Shown: positions 9,999-20,371 of the stretch, piece after piece
Layout: each line of letters starts with the position of its first letter
How positions within the stretch are numbered: position 1 is the stretch's first letter
From: Candidatus Yanofskybacteria bacterium
Lineage (GTDB): Bacteria; Patescibacteriota; Minisyncoccia; 2-02-FULL-40-12; IGHO2-01-FULL-4-A
NCBI GenBank assembly: GCA_903897805.1
Contig: CAIUCV010000021.1
Span: 1-61,435 of the forward strand
Direction of reading: 5' to 3'
Length of the DNA: 61,435 nucleotides
Made by a program: the position numbers and the translations under genes
The notes under the pieces: generated by a model
The model's database searches: none
What the model was told of the DNA's origin: nothing
The model's input: the letters and a program-made list of their open reading frames with translations, nothing else

Positions 9999-10451
9999 AT
10001 GTTGTCACGAACGAGAAACCTTTTTGAATTAACCGAGGATGAAAAGCGAGAGCTGGCTGGATTTGACCAAAAGATAGGCGAGCTTCAACGACAGAAGGAA
10101 TTAAAGTTGCGGAAATTAGCCAGACAAAAAGGCATATCAGCTCTGAAGCTGGAAGACCTCGAATCGGAATGCGGCCAACCGTTTGTTGAAGAAAAAGAAC
10201 ACAGCATTTATCGACGGGCGATGGCAAGAGATAAAACCGATTCCCTTCGCTTTGAATCTGCCTATCTATGCGCCTCACGATATGAAGCCCCCTCTAGGAC
10301 TGGAAATAAAGACACCTGCGGTTGGGTCAAGGGCGAACCGAGAGAAGAGCGATATGATAGTATAGGACCGCTTTGCGGTTCGGCCGGAATAAGATTTTAC
10401 TGCAGAATTTGCGGCAAAATGGTGGGAGAGCTTCAGGAGCGCGTATCATAA
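9999..10451 (+). CDS. Hypothetical protein with coiled coil and Cys motifs (possible Zn binding)
   Basis: AGGAG RBS before ATG 9999. Contains C...CGW...CRICG. Confidence 0.6.
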   Translation: MLSRTRNLFELTEDEKRELAGFDQKIGELQRQKELKLRKLARQKGISALKLEDLESECGQPFVEEKEHSIYRRAMARDKTDSLRFESAYLCASRYEAPSRTGNKDTCGWVKGEPREERYDSIGPLCGSAGIRFYCRICGKMVGELQERVS

Positions 10452-10493
10452 ATTTAACCGAGGAAACTCGGTTTTTATCTTTTTGAGGCAGAC

Positions 10494-11063
10494 CTAATCG
10501 TTAATAAAATCGGCGAATTCTTTCCAGGATTTAATCCTTCCGAAGCGCGTGACATGAGGAAATAAATTGTGGGCATCAAAGAGTATTTTATTTTCAATAT
10601 TGACCAGTTTTTCAAGGACGCCGAGTTCGTCGTCAATGTAGTGAGTTATGCCTAATTTCCGGCCTATTTCGTTTTTGTCCTCCGGTTTTATGACAAAAAA
10701 AGCATTATTTTCGTTAAAAAACTTGGGCCACAACCCCTTGAATTTTAAAATATGAATGGCCCATTGCGGATCTCTTCGCCTTGATACCAGAAAGTACGGA
10801 TATTTATTTTTTAGCTTTGCAAGCACGTTCTTTGCCCCTCTCGTCAGAGGCGACAGAAGCGATATTTTGGGGTCGTAATATAAAATATTTTGCAATTGAT
10901 CATAAATTGGCTCGGGAATAATATGTTTAAGTGTTTCTGATTGCGTTTGCTCGGGCTTTAATTCCCAGCCAAATTTTTTAGCCAATCTAATCTTATTCAT
11001 TGTATGGTCCAAGATAACCCCATCCAGGTCAAAACCGATGATTTTGTTTTTATAATTAGCCAT
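10494..11063 (-). CDS. HAD-superfamily hydrolase (5'-nucleotidase-like)
   Basis: IGFDLDGVI motif I and YIDD motif IV. Confidence 0.85.
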   Translation of the reverse strand: MANYKNKIIGFDLDGVILDHTMNKIRLAKKFGWELKPEQTQSETLKHIIPEPIYDQLQNILYYDPKISLLSPLTRGAKNVLAKLKNKYPYFLVSRRRDPQWAIHILKFKGLWPKFFNENNAFFVIKPEDKNEIGRKLGITHYIDDELGVLEKLVNIENKILFDAHNLFPHVTRFGRIKSWKEFADFIND

Positions 11064-11152
11064 ATTTTCACAAGTCAGTCCAGATTTACGCTTGGTTGCG
11101 ATTCGTTTATAATAACTCCAAATCAGAACTTTTAAAACAAGATGGAGCCGCG

Positions 11153-11888
11153 ATGGAACAAGCAATTAACGAAAATGTTTTTGAACAAAAAGCGCAAACC
11201 ATTCTAGCCTATCTTATAAAGCCACTTGCGTTACGACGATGGTTTTCTCCCGAGGCCGTTTTTCTTGGAGTTTACGGGCTCGCCCTCGGCGGGCAAGACT
11301 ACGACCATTACCGAACTTGATAAATTTTTGCGCAGGCAGGGCTTTAGAGTATTAAGGCCCCAGGAAGGCGCCGAGGTAATTCGCCACATTGAACGAAATA
11401 CCCCTCTCTATAATATCAGGACTGGCATATACGCCCTGACTCAGCTTATAGATTTTAGCGCCGGTCATCCTTATGACGTGGTTATCTTTGACCGATGCAT
11501 TTTCGACGCTTATTGCTGGATGATGTATTGGGTTGAAAAGGGCAAATTAAGCTCAGAGGAGAAGGATATAATTCAAGCCTTTTTCTTATCGCGTTTCTGG
11601 GCGAATAAAATAGATGTGGCATATTTTATGATTTGCGAGCCAGAGGTGGCCGCAGAACGGGAATTGAGGATTGCCTTAAGCCAAAAACTTGGCGAAACGA
11701 CAAGTCCGCAATCTATTCGTACTCTCGTAGAGCGCTATAAACAGACCCACGAGACGCTTTCCAGAGATTATAAACAGTTATTTTTGGTTAATACAACCCA
11801 TATGAGCGAAGAGGAGATGGTTAAATATATTGCCACACAAACCCTTGATATACTTGAACAAAAATCAAGGAACGGGGGACGGGGCTAA
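11153..11888 (+). pseudogene. P-loop nucleotide (thymidylate-kinase-like) kinase with an apparent +1 frameshift near 11217
   Basis: EFTGSPSAGKTT and VIFDRC lie in frame 11226..11888. An RBS-preceded ATG at 11153 is in another frame, and removing one base near 11217 fuses the two. Confidence 0.65.
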
Positions 11889-11959
11889 TCGTCTCACGAA
11901 AAAACACGCCGCAATTAAGCGGCTTTTGTTTTGCCAAATTTTGTGTTATTAAAATTCTG

Positions 11960-12832
11960 ATGCTTTCCGCCTCTCAACCAAGAAAAATCTCAAAACTTGA
12001 ATGGTCAATCTTTGCCATTCTCGTCATCTCGGCCGTTTTAAGTTTTATCGCTATCCCGGCGCTGGCCGGCGACGGCTTGCTCTATGTTTGGTTTCTTGAT
12101 GTCGGGCAGGGAGACGCAATATTTATCCAGGCGCCAAATGGCAATCAGATTCTCATTGACGGCGGGCCGGATAGTAAGGTTTTGCAGGAGCTCGGGCGGA
12201 TTATGCCCTTTTTTGACAGTTCAATTGACGCAGTTGTGCTTACTCATCCTCACGCCGACCATTTAAGAGGCCTGATTGAAGTTTTGAAAAATTACAGCGT
12301 TGGCAAGGTGCTGGAAAACAAAATACCGTGCGATTCTCCGGAATGCCTGGAATGGGACAAGGTGGAGCAAAAATCCGAAATGGTGCAGGCGGAAGCCGGT
12401 CAGATTGTTGATTTGGGAGGCGGTGCGGAGCTCAAAGTTATTTATGCCCGCCAACCCGATGCCAGGGCCAATGCCGCCAAGAACGCCCACGATTATATGC
12501 TTGTAACCGAGCTTGAATATGGCAGCGAGTCATTGCTTTTAATGGGCGATGCCGAAAAAAATATTGAGCAGACCCTAACCACCAGCAGTAATTTGCGGGC
12601 GCAATTTCTCAAAATTGGCCATCATGGCAGTAAAACCTCAACTACCGCCCAGTTCTTGGATGCCGTACGGCCGGAGCTGGCCTTTATGGAGCTGGGAGCG
12701 CAGAACTCGTATGGTTTTCCACACCCCGATGTTGTAAAGCGTCTTGATGACTTGGGAATAAAATATTATCGTACGGATATAGATGGTACCGTTGAATTGA
12801 CGCTGGACGGTGAAAATTATAAAATCAAGTAA
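11960..12832 (+). CDS. Metallo-beta-lactamase-fold protein of the ComEC C-terminal type
   Basis: FLDVGQGDA, LIDGG, THPHADH, KIGHHGSKTS, YGFPH and YRTD..G. Confidence 0.92.
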   Translation: MLSASQPRKISKLEWSIFAILVISAVLSFIAIPALAGDGLLYVWFLDVGQGDAIFIQAPNGNQILIDGGPDSKVLQELGRIMPFFDSSIDAVVLTHPHADHLRGLIEVLKNYSVGKVLENKIPCDSPECLEWDKVEQKSEMVQAEAGQIVDLGGGAELKVIYARQPDARANAAKNAHDYMLVTELEYGSESLLLMGDAEKNIEQTLTTSSNLRAQFLKIGHHGSKTSTTAQFLDAVRPELAFMELGAQNSYGFPHPDVVKRLDDLGIKYYRTDIDGTVELTLDGENYKIK

Positions 12833-12842
12833 AACCAAAACC

Positions 12843-13346
12843 ATGAATTTGCAGAGGACATTAATTTTGTTGAAACCCGACGCCCTAGACAGGGGTATCA
12901 CAGGAGAGATAATCTCCAGATTTGAGCGTGTTGGCGCCAAGATCGTTGGCATGAAGATGCTTGTTTCCGAGAAAGATACCGCGATGAAACATTATAGAGA
13001 GGAATTGGCCGAGAGACGGGGAGAGGCGATAAGGCAAAGAATGATTGATATGCTGATTTCCGGTCCGATCGTTGCTTTGGTGCTTGAGGGGATAGAAATG
13101 GTTGAGGTCGCAAGAAAAATGGTGGGTGCGACCGAACCCAAGGTGGCTGCCCCGGGCACTATTAGGGGGGACTATACCCATGTTTCGTATGGCTACGCGG
13201 AGGATAAAAAAATCGGGATTTTTAATTTAATCCACGCTTCGGCCTCGCCCGAAGAAGGAGAACTAGAAATTAACATTTGGTTTAGACCGGAGGAGCTGGT
13301 TGAGCATAAACCGTCTTATACGAAATTTACTTTAAAAGAAGATTAA
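12843..13346 (+). CDS. ndk: Nucleoside diphosphate kinase
   Basis: RTLILLKPDA, PGTIRGDY and NLIHAS. Confidence 0.95.
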   Translation: MNLQRTLILLKPDALDRGITGEIISRFERVGAKIVGMKMLVSEKDTAMKHYREELAERRGEAIRQRMIDMLISGPIVALVLEGIEMVEVARKMVGATEPKVAAPGTIRGDYTHVSYGYAEDKKIGIFNLIHASASPEEGELEINIWFRPEELVEHKPSYTKFTLKED

Positions 13347-13406
13347 TTCACCCAGTCAAATCCCCAAAGGGGAACTCCAAAGGAGTTATTTGACGGGGTA
13401 AAAAAT

Positions 13407-13877
13407 ATGGAACAAACACTAGACCCTCGTCTGCACTTCGTGGTCGCCACGGCAATCATCGTAAAAGATGGCAAGTTTTTGATTGCCAAGCGGGCGCCGC
13501 ACGAGAAGGCATTTCCTAACAAGTGGACAGTGCCCGGCGGCAAGCTGGTTTCTCATGAGTACGGCAAGCTACCCTATAAGACCGACTATCCGCAATGGTA
13601 CAACGTTGTAGATTGGGTTTTAAAAAAAGAAGTGAGAGAGGAAGTGGGTTTGGAAATAGAAAAACCGAATTATCTTTGCGATTTGGTTTTCGTCCGGCCC
13701 GATGGTTTCCCGGTGGTCACGCTTTCTTATTGGGCCAAGCACAAATCAGGGGAAGTTCAGCTTTGCAAAGATTTGACCGAACACGCCTGGGTAACCTTGG
13801 AAGAAGCAAAAAATTACGATTTAATTGACGGAATTTGGGATGAGTTAAAACTTGTAGCCGAGGCGGAGAATATTTAA
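13407..13877 (+). CDS. NUDIX hydrolase
   Basis: WTVPGGK...LKKEVREEVGL Nudix box. Confidence 0.9.
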   Translation: MEQTLDPRLHFVVATAIIVKDGKFLIAKRAPHEKAFPNKWTVPGGKLVSHEYGKLPYKTDYPQWYNVVDWVLKKEVREEVGLEIEKPNYLCDLVFVRPDGFPVVTLSYWAKHKSGEVQLCKDLTEHAWVTLEEAKNYDLIDGIWDELKLVAEAENI

Positions 13878-13899
13878 AAGTTTTTGGTTTTTAGCCAAG

Positions 13900-14244
13900 G
13901 TGCTACACTGGAAACAGTTCTTTGGCCATAAGGATTTGAGGAGGCCGCCCGTGGAAAATATTGTGGGCATCGGCTGCCGCGTCCGTACCAGGTACTTTAT
14001 GGGTCAGGGCCTTGGCAATAAAAGGCGTTACGAGCCGATTGGCGAAGAAACTTATGAAATCGGGGGTTACATCGTCCCGCCAAATAGCCCGCCAAATAGA
14101 GTTTCCTATGACTCGTGGATTGGAAGAGCACTTATGGGCGCTCGTGTTGGCCAAACCGTAAAGGTCAGCATGGGCGGAAGCGTAGATGGGATTTCAGTCG
14201 ACTTCTTGCTTGAAATCCTTGAAATAATCCAGCCACAACAATAA
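13900..14244 (+). CDS. GreA/GreB C-terminal-domain-like protein
   Basis: VGIGCRV...YEIGG...RVSYDSWIGRALMGARVGQTV...EILEI. It lacks the N-terminal coiled coil. Confidence 0.7.
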   Translation: MLHWKQFFGHKDLRRPPVENIVGIGCRVRTRYFMGQGLGNKRRYEPIGEETYEIGGYIVPPNSPPNRVSYDSWIGRALMGARVGQTVKVSMGGSVDGISVDFLLEILEIIQPQQ

Positions 14245-14290
14245 AGACGTCCTCGCGGCGTCTTTGTTTGTTTAGTTTAATTTCAAAACT

Positions 14291-14764
14291 TTATAAATGA
14301 ATTATCGTCTTTAAAATTAAATTGCCCAGAAGTTTGCTGGCAGCAATAACTATTAACGCAACTACCAAATGCCAAACTACTTCTCGCAAAGGATTTGTTT
14401 TCTTACTTTTTGCGATTAAATAGCTTAAGATAGCGAGCAAAACCAAACCCCAGATGGAGGAAACAATAAGGGCGGCGTGCGAAGAAAATAATAAAACTAT
14501 TAAAACGAAAGTGAATGCAAGAAATAATCTTACTATAAAATTTCCATATGTAAATGAATTGATATCCTGTCTGGAAGCTCCTTCCGACTCTTTATATATA
14601 TGGATACCTAATGAGTCAGAGATATTATCCGCGATCGCAATAATCAAAAGACCGGTAATTATACCTGTTTTTGCGCCGTCTCCTTGGGTCAGTCCCGCAA
14701 TTAACCCCATGCTGGTGATAATCGCCGCCGTAGCGCCCATACTAAATTTATTTATGTTTACCAT
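14291..14764 (-). CDS. VIT1/CCC1-like membrane transporter
   Basis: FSMGATAAIITSMGLI...IAIADNISDSLGIHI, with several TM helices. Confidence 0.75.
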   Translation of the reverse strand: MVNINKFSMGATAAIITSMGLIAGLTQGDGAKTGIITGLLIIAIADNISDSLGIHIYKESEGASRQDINSFTYGNFIVRLFLAFTFVLIVLLFSSHAALIVSSIWGLVLLAILSYLIAKSKKTNPLREVVWHLVVALIVIAASKLLGNLILKTIIHL

Positions 14765-14979
14765 TCTATTCAATATTACCAAAAAACCGCTCACAAGGCG
14801 ATTCTTTGTTGGATACCAACCGTATTGTCGGGCCGCCGGGCGATTGAAATGAACTGCTTCATTTCAATCCCGAATTTTAGTCCCGCCTTGTGCTAAACAC
14901 GGCGGGGCGTTAAAAAATTCGGTAGAACATCTGCTCCTTCGGAGCAGTTACATCCTCCGGGGAATTTTCGTTTCCTTAG

Positions 14980-15050
14980 TCGGGGTACCCGGATTCGAAC
15001 CGAGATTAAATCCACCCCATGGACTCGTGCTACCGTTGCACTATACCCCG
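14980..15050 (-). tRNA. tRNA-Pro(GGG)
   Basis: The reverse complement folds as a cloverleaf with CGGGGTA/TACCCCG-A acceptor, anticodon loop ATGGGGT and T-loop TTCGAAT. Confidence 0.93.
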
Positions 15051-15115
15051 ACCCAAGAAACGACGAAAACTTTCAGTTTTCTAAAATTCCCGTTGAGATA
15101 AAATCGTTTATCTCA

Positions 15116-15153
15116 ACCCCCATGGACGCGTACTACCGGCATACTCCGGCCCG
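15116..15153 (-). pseudogene. Degenerate 5' half of a second tRNA-Pro(GGG); matching 3' end at 14828-14840
   Basis: Minus strand reads CGGGCCG-GA-GTAT-GCCGGTA-GTAC-G-CGTCC-ATGGGGT. The complementary acceptor end CCCGG-CGGCCCG-A lies at 14840-14828. Confidence 0.65.
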
Positions 15154-15156
15154 GGC

Positions 15157-15678
15157 TTAAATCCTTTCCCCGAATATTTTAAACATCCAATTCTTCGCTT
15201 TTTGTCTCATTGCTTCAGCCGTCAGACCATAGATTTTTTCATCGCCCCGCCAAGAATTATCCAATCCCATGGCCTTCATTTTTCTAGATAAAATATTAAT
15301 TGAATCTATAAATCTATTATGAAGGGCATTTTCAATCGCATCAGCTCTTTTTACTTCGGCCTGATAGTCTTGAATGGTATGATACTCTTCGACTCTTTTT
15401 CTTTTTGCCGTTTCTTTGTGGGTAGTATAGGTGCTATTGTAATCTTTTAGCACCCTGACTAAGTCTTCAATTAAATCAAGAATCTCTTGCCTTTGCTCAC
15501 TTTTTAAATTATCCCAGCCCTCATTTATAGTTCTGAATATTTTTTGGAAAATCTGGTCGTCTTCAATTAAATAGGCGTGTTTTTCAAAAAGATCAGCGAT
15601 TCTCTTATCAACAAAACCTCGGGCCGTTTTCTCGGGCCTTATTGGGGGCAACCTTTTGGTTTCTGAAACCGATTTCAT
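15157..15678 (-). CDS. Helical hypothetical protein
   Basis: 173 aa ORF directly downstream of rpmB with typical codon usage. Confidence 0.7.
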   Translation of the reverse strand: MKSVSETKRLPPIRPEKTARGFVDKRIADLFEKHAYLIEDDQIFQKIFRTINEGWDNLKSEQRQEILDLIEDLVRVLKDYNSTYTTHKETAKRKRVEEYHTIQDYQAEVKRADAIENALHNRFIDSINILSRKMKAMGLDNSWRGDEKIYGLTAEAMRQKAKNWMFKIFGERI

Positions 15679-15682
15679 GCGG

Positions 15683-15865
15683 CTAAATTTTACTTTGCTT
15701 TTTGATGCAGGACGTGCAGATTTTTACCCGCCTACCGTTGACTTTTGCCCACTGGAGGTTGGGATATTTGCGGTAGCGATTTACGGGATTGTAATGGCCG
15801 CGCAGAAGTTTGCGCTTATTTGCCATCATTGATTTTTTGCCGCAGAGAGGACAGCGGGTAGCCAT
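15683..15865 (-). CDS. rpmB: 50S ribosomal protein L28
   Basis: MATRCPLCGK...RKYPNLQW...VKICTSCIK. Confidence 0.93.
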   Translation of the reverse strand: MATRCPLCGKKSMMANKRKLLRGHYNPVNRYRKYPNLQWAKVNGRRVKICTSCIKKQSKI

Positions 15866-15905
15866 GATGTTTACAGAGTATCAAAAAAATGATATTTTTA
15901 CAAGT

Positions 15906-16514
15906 ATGTTTTTGTGGTATATCCTTATAATACTTTTTTCGGTTGTTATTCATGAGGTCTCCCATGGAGTGATGGCAAATAGCTTGGGCGACCCTACGGC
16001 CAAAAATCTCGGCCGCATAACCCTTAATCCAATCAAGCATCTGGATTTGTTCGGGTCAATTTTATTGCCGTTCTTTCTTTTTGTGGTGGGCTCGCCTTTC
16101 GTATTTGCCTATGCCAAGCCGGTGCCCTATAACCCGGCCAATCTGAGAGACCGGAAATTCGGTCCGGCCAAAGTTGCGCTTGCTGGCCCCGCAGTCAATC
16201 TTGTGCTGGCGGTTCTTTTTGGACTGGTCTCGAGGTTTCTGCCGCACTCGCTTGGATCTACTCTTCTGCCGGATTTATTGAAACCGATAATCCAATTTAA
16301 CTTAATTCTTGCTATTTTTAATTTAGTTCCTATACCGCCGCTTGATGGCCACTGGCTGCTGTTTACTTTCTTGCCTGCTAAGTTTACCGCCTTCAAGCTG
16401 TTCCTGATGCATTACAGCTTAATTATTTTCATCGCATTCCTTATCTTTATATTCCCCTTTGTTTATCCCTTGATTAATTTTTTGTTTAGAGTTATAGTTG
16501 GAAGAAGCGCATAA
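15906..16514 (+). CDS. Site-2 protease (peptidase M50)
   Basis: HEVSH, GDPTA...GRITLNP, VALAGP and [11 protein letters not shown]. Confidence 0.93.
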   Translation: MFLWYILIILFSVVIHEVSHGVMANSLGDPTAKNLGRITLNPIKHLDLFGSILLPFFLFVVGSPFVFAYAKPVPYNPANLRDRKFGPAKVALAGPAVNLVLAVLFGLVSRFLPHSLGSTLLPDLLKPIIQFNLILAIFNLVPIPPLDGHWLLFTFLPAKFTAFKLFLMHYSLIIFIAFLIFIFPFVYPLINFLFRVIVGRSA

Positions 16515-16530
16515 TAGCCGCTTTTTATAT

Positions 16531-16944
16531 ATGCCTACTTTTAACCAGTTACTGAAAAGACCGAGAAAAAAAGCGAGGGCGAAAACAAAATCGCCGGCTT
16601 TGTCGTACAGTTTTAACAGCATTGAAAATCGTCCTGTTTTCCGCGGTTCGCCATTTAAGAGGGGGGTGGCGATAAAAGTTGGCACGATGACTCCTAAAAA
16701 GCCCAACTCGGCCCTGCGCAAATTCGCCCGCGTCCGGCTGACCAACGGAATGGAAGTAACCGCCTACATCCCGGGAGTGGGGCACAATCTTCAAGAACAC
16801 TCTGTGGTTACGATTCGCGGCGGCCGCGTCAAAGATTTGCCCGGAGTGAGATATCATGTAATCCGCGGCAGATTGGATGCCTCTGGCGTTGACAATAGAA
16901 GGCGTGGCAGGAGCAAGTACGGCGTTAAGATGCCTAAAAGCTAA
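16531..16944 (+). CDS. rpsL: 30S ribosomal protein S12
   Basis: [18 protein letters not shown] and [12 protein letters not shown]. Confidence 0.98.
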   Translation: MPTFNQLLKRPRKKARAKTKSPALSYSFNSIENRPVFRGSPFKRGVAIKVGTMTPKKPNSALRKFARVRLTNGMEVTAYIPGVGHNLQEHSVVTIRGGRVKDLPGVRYHVIRGRLDASGVDNRRRGRSKYGVKMPKS

Positions 16945-16958
16945 TAGTCAATTTATTT

Positions 16959-17426
16959 ATGCGCAAACCACTAAAGAAAAAAAATATAGTTGAGCCGGAT
17001 TTTAAATATTCATCGCCGCTGGTGGCCGTTTTTATCAACAAGATAATGAAGGAGGGGAAGAAAAGCGTTGCCGAAAGAATTGTCTATCACGCCCTGGAAA
17101 GGGCCGAAAAGGAATTGGGCAAACCGGCGCTGGAGGCGCTTGATACGGCAATAAATAATGCCGGTCCCCAGCTGGAATTAAAATCCCGCCGCATCGGCGG
17201 AGCCAATTATCAGATTCCCTATGAGGTGAAGGGCGAGCGAAAAATAGCTCTCGCGATGAGATGGATAATTGATGCGGCAAGAAGCGGGAAGGGCAAACCG
17301 ATGGAGGAAAAATTGGCGCAAGAAATCGTAAATGCCTGCAACAATACCGGGGCGGCGATTAAAAAGAAGACGGATACCCACAAGATGGCCGAAGCAAACA
17401 AGGCATTTGCACACTTTGCTTGGTAA
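16959..17426 (+). CDS. rpsG: 30S ribosomal protein S7
   Basis: SRRIGGANYQIP and HKMAEANKAFAHF. Confidence 0.98.
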   Translation: MRKPLKKKNIVEPDFKYSSPLVAVFINKIMKEGKKSVAERIVYHALERAEKELGKPALEALDTAINNAGPQLELKSRRIGGANYQIPYEVKGERKIALAMRWIIDAARSGKGKPMEEKLAQEIVNACNNTGAAIKKKTDTHKMAEANKAFAHFAW

Positions 17427-17640
17427 AAACCGAGGTATTGCCAATTTTTTCTTATGTTCTCTGCGCAGACAAATGTTATTCAAATTTTCTTATTTTCTGT
17501 GATAAAAAATCGTACCCCTTCCGTCCCTCGCTACGCTCGGGACTACGTCCCAATTTTTTATCAGAAGGAAAATATCAAAAATTTGAATACATTTGTAACT
17601 GCTCGTTCAGAAAAGAAAAAATTGGCAATACCTCGGTTTT
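17426..17640. repeat. Long palindromic element, family B copy 1
   Basis: Terminal IR AAAACCGAGGTATTGCCAATTTTTT. The 54-nt core 17504-17557 matches 52793-52846 at 51 of 54 positions. Confidence 0.88.
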
Positions 17641-17703
17641 AAAAAGGAAAAGCCCGCATTTCCACCGAAGTGTACTTTGCGGGCAGAGAGTGCCGCGCGC
17701 GGC

Positions 17704-17913
17704 CTAACTAGTGAGCTTGGCCACTGTGAAGCCGGCCGTGAGCAAGCCAGTGATGGCGAGAAGACCCAAGATCGTCGCCCATTTCTTTGCGGCTGGCAAG
17801 AGGGTCTTTTGTTCCTCCGGCCCGGCTTCGGCAAAAAGATAGAAGACCTTTCGAGCCTTTCTGGCCGCTAAGATCGTGGCCAGAAGAAGCGACATCGTGA
17901 TCCAAAACAGCAT
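17704..17913 (-). CDS. Small two-TM hypothetical protein lying antisense between rpsG and fusA
   Basis: AGGAGG RBS and a TTGACA-type promoter upstream on the minus strand. It has two hydrophobic segments. Confidence 0.6.
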   Translation of the reverse strand: MLFWITMSLLLATILAARKARKVFYLFAEAGPEEQKTLLPAAKKWATILGLLAITGLLTAGFTVAKLTS

Positions 17914-18075
17914 GGGGAATCCTCCTACTTTAATTATATCATATTTTATTAACCCTTGTCAAATTTAACCAAAAACCCTTGATTTCCCTAGCTTTTTAAC
18001 CGATTGACTTTTAGAAATTATTCGTGTCATTCGCATGCATTCGTAAATTGGCATCGCGGGTGAGCGTTAGCGAAT

Positions 18076-20184
18076 ATGGCCGACTACCCGATAGAAAAAA
18101 TCCGTAATATAGGCATTGTTGCCCACATTGACGCCGGAAAAACGACAACTACCGAGCGGGTTTTGTTTTACACGGGTTTGTCGCATAAGATCGGCGAGGT
18201 TCACGAAGGCGAGGCGATAATGGACTGGATGGAGCAGGAGCGCGAAAGGGGAATTACGATTACCTCAGCAGCGGTTACGGCCTATTGGCATAAAGTCGGT
18301 TTGCCGAAAACAAAGGAAAACGAATACCGGATTAATATCATTGACACGCCGGGCCATATTGATTTTACCGCGGAAGTGAAGAGGTCGTTGCGGGTGTTGG
18401 ACGGGGCGGTGGTGGTGTTTGACGGTGTTGCCGGCGTTGAGCCGCAGTCCGAAACAAACTGGCGTTATGCCGACGATTACAAAGTGCCGCGGGTTTGTTT
18501 CATCAACAAGCTTGACCGGCTGGGCGCATCTTTTGAAAAGTCGTTCAGGTCAATCCTTGAGCGGCTGACGCCCAATGCGGTCAGAATGCAGCTGCCGGAC
18601 GGAGAAGAGGATAAGTTTCAGGGGGTGGTGAATCTGTTGGAGATGAAATATTTCACATTTGAGGGTGAATACGGCGAGCGTATGGTGGAAGCTCCGATCC
18701 CGTCGGAGGACTTGAAGAAAAGAGCCGAGGTAGCTCGCGCCGAACTGGTAGAAAAAATAGTTGAGCAGGACGATGGCGCGATGGCGGAATTTCTTGACGG
18801 AAAGGAAATCCCCACCGAACGGCTTATGGCTATTTTGAGAAAGGCGACCATTGAAAACAAACTGGTCCCGGTTTATTGCGGCTCGGCTTTGCATAATCAA
18901 GGTGTCCAGTTTGTGCTTGACGGTGTTGTTGATTTCTTGCCGTCCCCGGTTGATAAAGAGGCCGTTAAGGGTATTGACCCCAAAACAGGGGAGGAATTAA
19001 TGCGTGAACCTGATGAAAACGCGCCCTTTGCCGCCTTGGCTTTTAAGGTGGCCACTGATCCTTACGTTGGCCAATTAACCTACTTTCGTGTTTATTCCGG
19101 CGTTTTGGCCGCCGGTTCCTATGTTCTCAACAGCGTAAACGGCCAGCAGGAAAGAATCGGGAGAATCTTACGGATGCGCGCGAACGACAGGGAAGAGATT
19201 AAAGAGGTTTATGCAGGAGGTATTGCCGCTACGGTGGGTCTTAAGGCGACCAAAACGGGGGACACGCTTTGCGCCGTCAATAATCCGATTATTCTTGAAA
19301 AAATCATTTTCCCTGAGCCGGTCATATCACTTCGCATTGAACCTAAGACCAAGGCCGACCAGGAAAAAATGAGCTTGGCCCTTAGGAAACTGTCAGATGA
19401 AGACCCGACCTTTAAGATAAAAACCGACGAAGAAACTGCCGAAACGATAATTTCAGGAATGGGCGAACTGCATCTGGACATCATAGTTGAAAGAATGAAG
19501 CGCGAGTTCGGTGTCGGCGCCAATGTCGGGCGGCCGCAAGTGGCTTATAAGGAAACAATCAAGGCAACGGCCGAAGCCGAAGGCAAGTATATCAAGCAAT
19601 CAGGTGGCCGCGGTCAGTACGGCCATGTCTGGTTAAGATTGGAGCCACAGGAACGGGGCAAGGGTTTTGAATTTGTGAACGCCATTAGAAGCGGCGTCAT
19701 TCCGCAGGAATTTATCCCGGCCGTAGAAAAGGGCGTACACGAAGCGTTGGACAAGGGAGTAGTCGCCGGCTTTCCGATGGTTGATATGAAGGCGACGCTT
19801 TATGACGGTACTTATCATGAAGTTGACTCTTCCGAAATTGCTTTTAAGATTGCCGCTGCAATGGCCATGCACGAAGGAGCGAAAAGAGCCAAGCCGATCT
19901 TGCTTGAGCCGATAATGAAAGTAGAAGTTATTGTGCCGGAGAGATTTTTAGGAGAGGCCACCGGAGATTTGAACTCGCGCCGGGGGCAGATAGAGAAAAT
20001 GAGCGACCGCTCGCCGCTTAATCTCAAAGTCATTGACGCAAAAGTTCCGCTCTCGGAAATGTTCGGTTACGCAACGACAATCCGTTCTCTCACGGAGGGC
20101 CGCGGGACTTTCAATATGGAATTTGACCATTACGAAGAGGCGCCGCAGAGTATTGCCCAGTTGATTATAGAGGGCAAGAAATAA
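18076..20184 (+). CDS. fusA: Elongation factor G
   Basis: [27 protein letters not shown] and GMGELHL. Confidence 0.99.
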   Translation: MADYPIEKIRNIGIVAHIDAGKTTTTERVLFYTGLSHKIGEVHEGEAIMDWMEQERERGITITSAAVTAYWHKVGLPKTKENEYRINIIDTPGHIDFTAEVKRSLRVLDGAVVVFDGVAGVEPQSETNWRYADDYKVPRVCFINKLDRLGASFEKSFRSILERLTPNAVRMQLPDGEEDKFQGVVNLLEMKYFTFEGEYGERMVEAPIPSEDLKKRAEVARAELVEKIVEQDDGAMAEFLDGKEIPTERLMAILRKATIENKLVPVYCGSALHNQGVQFVLDGVVDFLPSPVDKEAVKGIDPKTGEELMREPDENAPFAALAFKVATDPYVGQLTYFRVYSGVLAAGSYVLNSVNGQQERIGRILRMRANDREEIKEVYAGGIAATVGLKATKTGDTLCAVNNPIILEKIIFPEPVISLRIEPKTKADQEKMSLALRKLSDEDPTFKIKTDEETAETIISGMGELHLDIIVERMKREFGVGANVGRPQVAYKETIKATAEAEGKYIKQSGGRGQYGHVWLRLEPQERGKGFEFVNAIRSGVIPQEFIPAVEKGVHEALDKGVVAGFPMVDMKATLYDGTYHEVDSSEIAFKIAAAMAMHEGAKRAKPILLEPIMKVEVIVPERFLGEATGDLNSRRGQIEKMSDRSPLNLKVIDAKVPLSEMFGYATTIRSLTEGRGTFNMEFDHYEEAPQSIAQLIIEGKK

Positions 20185-20191
20185 CACTTCA

Positions 20192-20371
20192 GAACTCTCA
20201 TTTCCGCTTAGTCCTCGCCTGCGCTCATCAACTCATTCAAAACATGATTTGTAACCAAAATTTTAGGTAACCCTCATCTGCTCCGCGACGCTCTCGACCT
20301 AAAATTTTGGACAAATCCTGTTTTTCTGTTCGTTGATTCACTTGGCTGCGAGGTCGCGGAAATGAGAGTTC
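20192..20371. repeat. Long rod-like palindrome directly after fusA
   Basis: 16-bp terminal IR GAACTCTCATTTCCGC/GCGGAAATGAGAGTTC with nested arms CCAAAATTTTAGGT/ACCTAAAATTTTGG. Confidence 0.82.
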
